Shown: positions 7,259 to 14,594 of the stretch, in pieces | Position numbering within the stretch: position 1 is the first letter of the stretch | How the letters are laid out: the number at the start of each line of letters is the position of its first letter | IMG/VR virus record: IMGVR_UViG_3300020137_000031 | Coordinates: 1-30,248 of that record | Length of the DNA: 30,248 nt | Strand: one strand, 5' to 3' | Source: a virus | Taxonomy: Duplodnaviria; Caudoviricetes | Notes under the pieces: generated by a model | What the model saw: only the letters and a program-made list of their open reading frames with translations | What the model was told of the DNA's origin: nothing | The model's database searches: none | Translations under genes and position numbers: made by a program

Positions 7259-7612
7259 TCAGTGGCGGACGCGTTCCTCTGCCAGGCACGTCATGCAGAC
7301 GCGGCGCCGACTGTTTTTCAGGTCCATGTGGCCGTGAGGGCACATGCGCCGCGGCACGTAAGCCGCCCGGCGGCGTACCGCCTCGGCAGACACGGACAAC
7401 TCGTTACGTTTGCGGCGCGGGACGCCCGTTTTAACCTTCAGATACTGCTCCGCGCTCCGTTTTCGTTGGCAGTGGACGCAATTTAAGCTGCTCACATACC
7501 GGATTTTCGTCCGGCAACGCATGCAGGGCGTTTCAGAATCAAAAGTTTTGAGTCCTGAAATTTTCGAGCACCACCATGACCATTTTTCAGAATCGGTACA
7601 AAAATCGATCAT
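7259..7612 (-). CDS. Cys/His-rich basic protein with two Zn-binding repeats (117 aa)
   Basis: RBS GGGGAG before ATG 7612; PCMRC...RYVSSLNCVHC and CPHGH...VCMTC; own promoter and terminator. Confidence 0.7.
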   Translation of the reverse strand: MIDFCTDSEKWSWWCSKISGLKTFDSETPCMRCRTKIRYVSSLNCVHCQRKRSAEQYLKVKTGVPRRKRNELSVSAEAVRRRAAYVPRRMCPHGHMDLKNSRRRVCMTCLAEERVRH

Positions 7613-7688
7613 AAATCTCCCCAAAATTTTGAGTGGGCATATGCCCGACGTGCAAACGGCGCAACGGCGCGGCTTGCGGGCAGTTCCT

Positions 7689-7720
7689 ATCTTATACTCT
7701 TGATGACAGGGGCGTCAATA
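7689..7720 (-). promoter_or_regulatory. Leftward promoter with overlapping operator (site 5)
   Basis: TGAC-AGGGGC-GTCA at 7704-7717; minus strand TTGACG-18 bp-TAAGAT. Confidence 0.65.
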
Positions 7721-7729
7721 GCGGAATTT

Positions 7730-8010
7730 TGGACTCCCCGACGAATAAGATGCGGGGGGTAGCGGGAATGGCTCAACCATGCGGTTTTGCGGGCAATCCC
7801 CCCTCCCCCCGCAAGTCCGAGTCTATAGGGCGTGTAGTGTAAGAAACGGGAATACTACTTTTCCTTTCTTATGTATGTATCTACTTCTACTACTAGAAAG
7901 AATAATATAAGAAATATAAGGAAGCTTTTACGTTACGATTCAATGGTTTAGCGGATACCCTTAAAATGTCCCTTAGGGGGTCGCGGGGGATTGCCGGGAA
8001 AATGCCCAAA
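7730..8010. other. Candidate replication origin (AT-rich core flanked by inverted C/G-run repeats)
   Basis: Most AT-rich stretch of the window (about 7840-7950); GGCAATCCCCC (7792-7802) and GGGGGATTGCC (7985-7995) form an inverted repeat. Confidence 0.55.
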
Positions 8011-8123
8011 ATTGCCGCCACTGGCGCCGCTGCAACCGCTGTGACCACTCCCGAAATTAGGGACTTGTCGAATCGCCGAATGTGCCGTCTCATTCCCCGC
8101 GAATGCCCATCGCGGAGTCGCCC

Positions 8124-8306
8124 ATGTTCGCCGACGAGACCCTGCCCGAAGTCGCCACGCCGCCCCCGCCGTCGGAGCAGGCCAACGGCGGCGTGGCGGA
8201 GCTGCATGCGCTGATCGATCGCGCCGAGGCCGAAGCGAAGCGCCTGCTCGGCTACCGTGCGGCGCGCGTCCTCCGGCCGCTGGCCGAATTGCGAGCAAAG
8301 CTGTGA
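8124..8306 (+). CDS. Hypothetical protein (60 aa), first gene of the late operon
   Basis: RBS GGAG at 8114; GTGA overlap with the endolysin. Confidence 0.65.
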   Translation: MFADETLPEVATPPPPSEQANGGVAELHALIDRAEAEAKRLLGYRAARVLRPLAELRAKL

Positions 8307-8836
8307 CGCCGGAACAGATGCAGCGCGCCACTGGCGTGCCGCCTGCTGTGGCGACTCGTTGGGCTGCGCTGCTTTCTGCTGCGATGGCGGAGTTCGGCGT
8401 GAACACGCCGGCCCGGCAGGCAGCTTTCCTGGCGCAGGTGGGCCACGAGTCGGGCGGCTTCGCCTACACCCGCGAGGTGTGGGGGCCGACGCCCGCCCAG
8501 TCCCACTACGAGGGCCGCACGGACCTGGGCAACACGCATGCCGGCGACGGCTACGCCTACCGCGGCCGCGGCCTGATCCAGATCACCGGCCGAGCCAACT
8601 ACGTCGCGTGCGGCGACGCACTAGGCATCGACTGCGTGACCACGCCGGGCCTGCTCGAACAGCCCGCGTTCGCTGCGCAGTCCGCCGCGTGGTACTGGGA
8701 CGAGCACGGCCTGAACGAGCTGGCCGACGTGGGCAACTTCGACACCATCACTCGGCGAGTGAACGGCGGACGTAACGGCGAAGCTGACCGCCGTCGCCGT
8801 TGGGCGCTCGCGAAGCAAGCCCTGGGGGTCGTATGA
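8303..8836 (+). CDS. Endolysin, glycoside hydrolase family 19
   Basis: FLAQVGHESGG, YEGRTDLGN, YRGRGLIQITGRANY, ITRRVNGG. Confidence 0.93.
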   Translation: MTPEQMQRATGVPPAVATRWAALLSAAMAEFGVNTPARQAAFLAQVGHESGGFAYTREVWGPTPAQSHYEGRTDLGNTHAGDGYAYRGRGLIQITGRANYVACGDALGIDCVTTPGLLEQPAFAAQSAAWYWDEHGLNELADVGNFDTITRRVNGGRNGEADRRRRWALAKQALGVV

Positions 8837-9192
8837 GCGAACCCGCAGTGACCGCCGCGGCAGACATGCCCGCCTGGCTCGGCTGGCTGACCGGCGCCGC
8901 CGGCATGATCGGCCAGTGGATCGTCCATCGACGCGCCCGGCAGCGCGACCAGGCGCAGAGCGCCGCCGAAATCTCGTCGTACAAGGCCGATTCGACGGTG
9001 ACGGACGCAGCTGCGGCGCAAGTCAAGTCGCTGCTGGAACGCGTCGAGTCGCTGGAAACCCGCTACGCCAAGTTGTGGGACGAGCTGCAGGACGAGAAAG
9101 CCGCCGGCAGCAAGCTGCGCGACCGCGTGCGCCAGCTCGAATCGATCCTGCGCGAAAACCACATCGCTGTGCCGCCCGAGGTGACGACGTGA
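8833..9192 (+). CDS. Putative holin-like membrane protein (one N-terminal hydrophobic segment plus coiled coil)
   Basis: AWLGWLTGAAGMIGQWIV followed by HRRAR and a heptad-like region; lies between endolysin and spanins. Confidence 0.5.
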   Translation: MSEPAVTAAADMPAWLGWLTGAAGMIGQWIVHRRARQRDQAQSAAEISSYKADSTVTDAAAAQVKSLLERVESLETRYAKLWDELQDEKAAGSKLRDRVRQLESILRENHIAVPPEVTT

Positions 9193-9404
9193 GCGGCGAG
9201 TTCCTGCGCGGGGTACACGTCGCCGGAGACGGCCGCGGTCCGCGCCGCGTGCTGTGCAACGGCGTGGAGATGGAACGCGTCGTCTACGCCGACACCGTGC
9301 GTGGGATCGTCCGATACGTAGACGGCCCGATCCAGACGCACAAGTACGGCAAGCGTGTGATCCAGCGCACCAAACGCGGCAAAGTCGAGGTATTCGCGTC
9401 ATGA
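9189..9404 (+). CDS. Hypothetical protein (71 aa)
   Basis: GTGA and ATGA overlaps on both sides. Confidence 0.7.
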   Translation: MSGEFLRGVHVAGDGRGPRRVLCNGVEMERVVYADTVRGIVRYVDGPIQTHKYGKRVIQRTKRGKVEVFAS

Positions 9405-9952
9405 GCCTATCCGTCAAGCTGGGCATCGCCGGCCTGCTGCTGGTCGCCCTGGCCGGATGCCTCACCTGGTTCGCCCGGCACGAGCGGGCCATCGGCGCCG
9501 CGGCCGTGCAAGCCCGCTGGGATGTGGCCACCGCCGAGCAGGCCGCTGCCGCGCTGCGCGCCAGCGAGTCGGCGCGTGCCGTCGAGCGCCGGCAGTCCGC
9601 CACCTTCGCCGGCATCGCGACCGGCTACCTGCAGGCCACCGCTCATGCGCCCACTCCGTTCGACCTTCCTGCTGCTCTTGCCGCTGGCACTCTGCGCCTG
9701 CGCAACGACTGCCCCGCGCCCCGCGCCGCCGGTGACGTGCCCGCAACTACAGCTCGTGCCCGTGCAGCTGATGCAGCCGCCGCCGCCGCCGCTACGCAGC
9801 GGCTCGCTGATTCGGTCGCTGCTGTTCGCGCAGGTGACGCCGCCGACGCCCGCGAGCGCCAGCTCAGCGCCCAAGTGACGGCGCTGCAGGCCATCCTTCG
9901 AGCCGAACGTGATGCCCAGCCGGCCGCCCCGATTCGCCCCCCGTCGAGTTGA
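9401..9952 (+). CDS. Rz: Inner-membrane spanin (Rz-like)
   Basis: N-terminal TM, Ala-rich coiled coil, LRLR motif, embedded lipoprotein gene. Confidence 0.85.
   Translation: MSLSVKLGIAGLLLVALAGCLTWFARHERAIGAAAVQARWDVATAEQAAAALRASESARAVERRQSATFAGIATGYLQATAHAPTPFDLPAALAAGTLRLRNDCPAPRAAGDVPATTARARAADAAAAAAATQRLADSVAAVRAGDAADARERQLSAQVTALQAILRAERDAQPAAPIRPPSS
9645..9878 (+). CDS. Rz1: Outer-membrane spanin lipoprotein (Rz1-like), embedded in the +1 frame
   Basis: Signal peptide MRPLRSTFLLLLPLALCAC with lipobox; Pro-rich mature part with a second Cys. Confidence 0.85.
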   Translation: MRPLRSTFLLLLPLALCACATTAPRPAPPVTCPQLQLVPVQLMQPPPPPLRSGSLIRSLLFAQVTPPTPASASSAPK

Positions 9953-10253
9953 TGGCGCGCGTGATGCCAGCCGCAAGCCTGCTCCTCGGCTTTCGGCGCA
10001 CGCGCGCGGCTACGGCTTCAAGTGGCAGCAGGCGCGGCTCGGCTTTCTCGCGCGCCACCCGCTCTGCGTGCACTGCCTTGCTGAGGGCCGCACGACAGCG
10101 GCCACCGACGTTGACCACATCGACCCGCACCGCGGCGATATGCGCAAGTTCTGGAATTCCGAGAACTGGCAAGCCTTGTGCGGCCCATGCCACTCAAAAA
10201 AGACCGCAACAGAGGATGGTGGGTTCGGCCACCGTCGCTTAATCCGAGACTGA
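9912..10253 (+). CDS. Packaging-associated HNH endonuclease (HK97 gp74-like)
   Basis: CVHC, VDHIDPH, NWQALCGPCHSKKT; immediately upstream of terS. Confidence 0.92.
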   Translation: MPSRPPRFAPRRVDGARDASRKPAPRLSAHARGYGFKWQQARLGFLARHPLCVHCLAEGRTTAATDVDHIDPHRGDMRKFWNSENWQALCGPCHSKKTATEDGGFGHRRLIRD

Positions 10254-10255
10254 CC

Positions 10256-10669
10256 GTGCCCCGCGCCAAGCTCCCTGCCGACGTCATCGACCTACGCGGT
10301 CGCCACGCCCACAACCGCGGGCGGTACGAAGCGCGCGTGGAGGGTGCTGTGCGCGACGACGAGCCGCTGGGCGACGCGCCCGAGCTGCGCATCATCACGA
10401 GCAAGGAAGCGTGGGACTACATCGTGTCGATCGCGCCTCCAGGCGTGTTGCGTCGGCGCGACCGGCTGATGGTGGAGGAGGCGGCCCGACTATACCGGGA
10501 CATCCACAACCTGTCGGTCCTGGCCGACATCGAGGGGATACCGTCCGTCGTGAAAGCCGCCGACGCGACGGCTTTCCGCTCCGTGCTGGGCCGGCTGGGT
10601 CTGTCGCCCGCCGACGCCGCCAACGTGACCATCCCGAAGCGTGACACCGGCAATGTTTTCGACGATTGA
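10256..10669 (+). CDS. terS: Terminase small subunit (P27-like)
   Basis: Between HNH and TerL; C-terminal LGLSPADAA...NVFDD. GTG start is uncertain. Confidence 0.8.
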   Translation: MPRAKLPADVIDLRGRHAHNRGRYEARVEGAVRDDEPLGDAPELRIITSKEAWDYIVSIAPPGVLRRRDRLMVEEAARLYRDIHNLSVLADIEGIPSVVKAADATAFRSVLGRLGLSPADAANVTIPKRDTGNVFDD

Positions 10670-12362
10670 CCGCGAGCTGTATCCGCACTGCTACGCCGCG
10701 TTCAAGTACGCCGATGACGTAGTGAGCGGCAAGCGGCTCGAAGGCGAGGCGGTGCGACTGGCGTGCGAGCGCCACCACCGCGACCTCAAGGCCGAGGACA
10801 CCGACACGTTCCCCTACGTGTTCGACCTGGACCTGGCCGAGCGCGCTGCGCGCTTCGCCAGCCGCTTCCCCCACGTCAAGGGCCGATGGGCGGCGAAGAA
10901 AGAGCTATTCGAGATGCAGCCGTGGCAGGCGTTCTGGTACTGCTCGATCTTCGGCTGGGTACATCGCGAGACGGGCTTTCGGCGCTTCCGCAAGGCGCGC
11001 GGCTACGTCGCCCGGAAGAACGGCAAGTCGCTCATGGTCGCGCCGATCGGCCTCTACATGCTCACTGCCGACGGCGAGCCGGGCGCCGAGGTGTTCTCCG
11101 GCGCCACGAACGAGAAGCAGGCGTGGGAGGTGTTCGGCCCGGCGAAGCAGATGGCCACGCTGACGCCGGCTTTCACCGAGCACTACGGCGTGCAGATCAA
11201 TGCGAAATCGCTGGTGCGCACGGGCACGATGGCCAAGTTCGAGCCGATCATCGGCAAGCCTGGCGACGGTTCCAGCCCGCATTGCTCGATCACCGACGAA
11301 TACCACGAGCACGAGACGGACGAGCAGCTGGCGACGATGGAGACGGGCATGGGCGCCCGCGACCAGCCGCTCAGCATCGTTGTGTCCACCGCGGGCGACA
11401 ACATTGCCGGCCCGTGCCGCGCCGACTGGCTGGAATGCCTGAAAATCCTGCAAGGCGTGACCACGGACGAGCAGGTGTTCGCGCTGATCTTCGCCCCGGA
11501 CAAGGACGATGATTGGACGTCCGACACGGCGTTGCGCAAGGCCAACCCGAACTATGGCGTCAGCGTCAGCGCGGAGTTCCTGCAGGCCCAGCAGCGCGAG
11601 GCGATCAACAACACGCGCAAGCAGGGCCATTTCAAGATCAAGCACCTCAACATTTGGGTGCAGGCGCGCGACGCCTTCATGAACCTGCAGAAGTGGCGCG
11701 CCGCGGCCAATCCGTTGCTCCGCTTCGAGCAGTTCCACGGCAGCCGGGCGTTCATCGGCCTGGACCTGGCCAGCAAGATCGACCTGGCCGCAGTGGAGAT
11801 TTTGCTGCCGCGGGACGCCGGCAAATATGTCCGTTTCGGCCGGTACTACCTGCCGCGGTTCACCGTTGACGCCCCCGAAAATCAGCACTACCGCGAGTAC
11901 GAAGCCCTCGGTAGGCTCCGCGTCACGGAAGGTAACCAGACCGACTACTTCCAGATTCGCGACGACGTGATCGAGCTATGCAAGGTGCTGGACGTGGAGG
12001 CGATCGCCTTCGATCCGCACAACGCGACGATGCTCACGACGGCGTTGCAGGACGAGGGATTGCCGGTCGTGGAGTACGGCCCGACGGTGCTCAATTTCAG
12101 CGAGCCGATGAAGCAGATCGAGGCGCTGACGTTGAACGGCCAGATCCTGCACGACGGTGATCCCGTCATGGAGTGGGCCGTGTCCAATGTGACGGCGAAG
12201 GTGGACCGCAAGGACAACGTGTTCCCGACGAAGGAACGGCCGGAGAACAAGATCGACCCGTTTGTGGCGCTGTGCATGGCGATGGGAGTGTGCATGAACA
12301 CCGAAACCTTGAAGGGCGACCTCGACGGCTTCTGCGCCTCTCCGATCATGGTGGGCGTGTAA
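10653..12362 (+). CDS. terL: Terminase large subunit (HK97/D3 type)
   Basis: MQPWQ, Walker A VARKNGKS, Walker B ITDEYH, STAG, nuclease GLDLA..IDL and KIDP. Start at 10641 or 10653. Confidence 0.96.
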   Translation: MFSTIDRELYPHCYAAFKYADDVVSGKRLEGEAVRLACERHHRDLKAEDTDTFPYVFDLDLAERAARFASRFPHVKGRWAAKKELFEMQPWQAFWYCSIFGWVHRETGFRRFRKARGYVARKNGKSLMVAPIGLYMLTADGEPGAEVFSGATNEKQAWEVFGPAKQMATLTPAFTEHYGVQINAKSLVRTGTMAKFEPIIGKPGDGSSPHCSITDEYHEHETDEQLATMETGMGARDQPLSIVVSTAGDNIAGPCRADWLECLKILQGVTTDEQVFALIFAPDKDDDWTSDTALRKANPNYGVSVSAEFLQAQQREAINNTRKQGHFKIKHLNIWVQARDAFMNLQKWRAAANPLLRFEQFHGSRAFIGLDLASKIDLAAVEILLPRDAGKYVRFGRYYLPRFTVDAPENQHYREYEALGRLRVTEGNQTDYFQIRDDVIELCKVLDVEAIAFDPHNATMLTTALQDEGLPVVEYGPTVLNFSEPMKQIEALTLNGQILHDGDPVMEWAVSNVTAKVDRKDNVFPTKERPENKIDPFVALCMAMGVCMNTETLKGDLDGFCASPIMVGV

Positions 12363-13717
12363 TGGGCCTGCGCGCGGCGCTCACCCGGGTCAAGAATGCG
12401 ATCGTCGACTGGAACGGCGTGCCCATCTCGCTGCGCAACGGCCGGGCGATCGAGGACATTTTCGGCGCGCACAGCCATTCGGGGCAGAACGTCTCCGTGC
12501 GCAACGTGCTCACGCTGTCCGCCGCCTGGGCTTGCTTCAAAGTCGTCTCCGAGGCGATCGGCGGCCTACCGTGGGGCATGTACCAGAAAGACGCGGAAGG
12601 CTCGCGCACCCCGGCGAGCAACCATCCACTGTTCTGGCTGATCGAAGACCAGCCGAACCCGGACATGACGATGCAGCGGTTCATCCAGCTGATCGTCGTC
12701 AGCCTGATGATGCGGAACAACGCCTATATCGAGATTGGCCGCGGCTCGCTGACGGGCAAGGTGAACCGCCTCGATTTCTGTATTCCGCAGAACATGATGA
12801 CGCGCCGCATCGCCAACCGCGGCCCACTCGAATACCGCTACACCGACCCGTATACGGGCGACCAGCGACTCATCGATCCGAAAAACCTCATTCACCTGCG
12901 CGGCTTCGGCCTCGACGACGCGATGGGTCTGGACGCGCTGTACCACGGGCGTGAGGTGCTGGGCGCCGCGCTGGCGGTCAACGAGCAGGCGGCCAAGGTG
13001 TTCGCGCAGGGCATGCAGAATTCCGGCTTCCTGACGGCCGACTCGACGGCGCCCGGCGGCGGCACGTTCACCGAGAAGCAGCGCGAGGAAATCCGCAAGA
13101 ACCTGGCCACGTTTGCCGGCTCCAAGAACGCCGGCAAGCTCATGGTGCTGGAAGCGGGCCTCAAGTATCAGGGGGTCACGCTCAGCCCCGAGACGGCGCA
13201 GATGCTGCAAACGCGCGGCTACAGCGTCGAGGAGGTGGCCCGGTTCTGGTCCGTGCCGCCGTTCATGATCGGTCATATGGACAAGTCGTCGAGTTGGGCG
13301 TCGAGCACCGAGGTGCAGAACCGGGTGTTCCTCACCAACTGCCTCAGCCCGATCATCACCACGATCCAGACCGAGCTTGCACGCTCGCTGCTGTCGCCGG
13401 CCGAGCGGCGCATCTACTACTTCGAGGCCACCACGGCGGGGCTGCTGCGCGCAGACACGAAGGGACGCATGGAGCTGTACGCGTCGGCGTTGCAGAACGG
13501 TTGGATGAACCGAAACACCGTGGCCAAGCTGGAAAACATGCCACCGCTGCCGGAAGGCGGCGACGTCTACACCGTCCAGAGCAACCTCATCCCCATCGAC
13601 AAGCTCGGCGAGGAGCCAGCCAATGCAAACCAACCTCCCCAAGGCGCCGATCCGGCCGCGGAACCTCAAAGCGCTGGTGCCGGAGATTCCGGCAGCGGTG
13701 ATGGCTCGGTGGAATAG
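12362..13717 (+). CDS. Portal protein, HK97 family
   Basis: TAATG coupling with TerL; LIHLRGF, EEVARFWSVPP, GWMNRN..AKLENMPPLPEGGD. Confidence 0.95.
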   Translation: MGLRAALTRVKNAIVDWNGVPISLRNGRAIEDIFGAHSHSGQNVSVRNVLTLSAAWACFKVVSEAIGGLPWGMYQKDAEGSRTPASNHPLFWLIEDQPNPDMTMQRFIQLIVVSLMMRNNAYIEIGRGSLTGKVNRLDFCIPQNMMTRRIANRGPLEYRYTDPYTGDQRLIDPKNLIHLRGFGLDDAMGLDALYHGREVLGAALAVNEQAAKVFAQGMQNSGFLTADSTAPGGGTFTEKQREEIRKNLATFAGSKNAGKLMVLEAGLKYQGVTLSPETAQMLQTRGYSVEEVARFWSVPPFMIGHMDKSSSWASSTEVQNRVFLTNCLSPIITTIQTELARSLLSPAERRIYYFEATTAGLLRADTKGRMELYASALQNGWMNRNTVAKLENMPPLPEGGDVYTVQSNLIPIDKLGEEPANANQPPQGADPAAEPQSAGAGDSGSGDGSVE

Positions 13718-14480
13718 CTCGCTGGTCCTGCGCAACGCGGAGCAGAGCGGCGCCGCCCTCAACATCTACGAGCAGATCGGTCTCGATCCGCGGACCGGCG
13801 AGGGCATGACGGCCGGCCGCGTCGCCGGCATCCTGCGTTCGCTCAACGGCCGTGACGTCACGGTCAACATCAACAGCCCTGGTGGCGAGGTGTTCGAGGG
13901 GCTGGCGATATACAACCAGTTGCGCGAGTACAGCGGCAACGTGGCCATCAATGTCATCGGCCTCGCTGCGTCCATCTCGTCCGTCATCGCGATGGCAGGC
14001 AATTCGCTGAATGTGGCGCGCACCGGGTTCCTGATGGTGCACAACGCCTGGACTGTCGTCGCCGGCAACCGCCACGATATGACCGACGCCGCCGCCACGA
14101 TGGAGCCGTTCGACGACGTGATTGCCTCGGTCTATTCCGTCAAGTCCGGCGGCGCGAAGGCGGACTTCGCCTCGCTGATGGACGCGGAGACGTGGATCGG
14201 CGGCGAGCGGGCGATCGAGCTGGGCCTGGCCAACGGCCTCCTGGACAGCGACCTGATCGGCGAGTCGAACGAAGCCAATGACGGCGCAACCGCCTCGGCG
14301 CGCAAGGCCGATCGCCTGCTCGCAGAAAAGGGATTGTCACGCTCGGAGCGCCGTGCTCTCATTCAGAACGTGAAGGACACGCTGCGCGAAGGCGAACCGC
14401 CCGCGCCGCTGGTCCTGACCGACATGGCAGCCATCGAGAAGATGCTCGCCGCGGCGGGCCGTCAGCCGACGGTTCACTGA
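13623..14480 (+). CDS. ClpP-like (S14) prohead maturation protease
   Basis: INSPGGEVFEGLAIYN, GLAASISS, MVHN, ETW; RBS AGGAG at 13611. Confidence 0.93.
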   Translation: MQTNLPKAPIRPRNLKALVPEIPAAVMARWNSSLVLRNAEQSGAALNIYEQIGLDPRTGEGMTAGRVAGILRSLNGRDVTVNINSPGGEVFEGLAIYNQLREYSGNVAINVIGLAASISSVIAMAGNSLNVARTGFLMVHNAWTVVAGNRHDMTDAAATMEPFDDVIASVYSVKSGGAKADFASLMDAETWIGGERAIELGLANGLLDSDLIGESNEANDGATASARKADRLLAEKGLSRSERRALIQNVKDTLREGEPPAPLVLTDMAAIEKMLAAAGRQPTVH

Positions 14481-14594
14481 TTGCAACGAGACGGGCGGCA
14501 TAGCCGCGTGCTGCCGCCCCGCAACAAACAGCATGGCCATGCGCTGCTGAGAAACAGAGAACCCATCCTCTTTCCTCAGTAGGAGTGCGCCACT

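Noticed and set aside
6836-7486. ORFs crossing the GGTGCT array (poly-GA, -VL, -WC, -ST, -HQ peptides)
   Set aside because: The hexamer has no stop in any frame; no convincing RBS; some of these ORFs run through the terminator and cos-like element.
8065-8093. TTGTCG-17 bp-TCTCAT as the late promoter
   Set aside because: Position is right but the -10 match is too weak to call without TSS data.
12173-12361. Upstream extensions in the ORF track for portal (also terS, gpL, gpK, gpI, Rz)
   Set aside because: They overlap the upstream genes; coupled starts at stop/start junctions fit better.
13853-13866. TGAC-GTCACG-GTCA inside the protease gene
   Set aside because: Coding location, lacks the AGG spacer; about one chance match of an 8-bp pattern is unsurprising in 30 kb.
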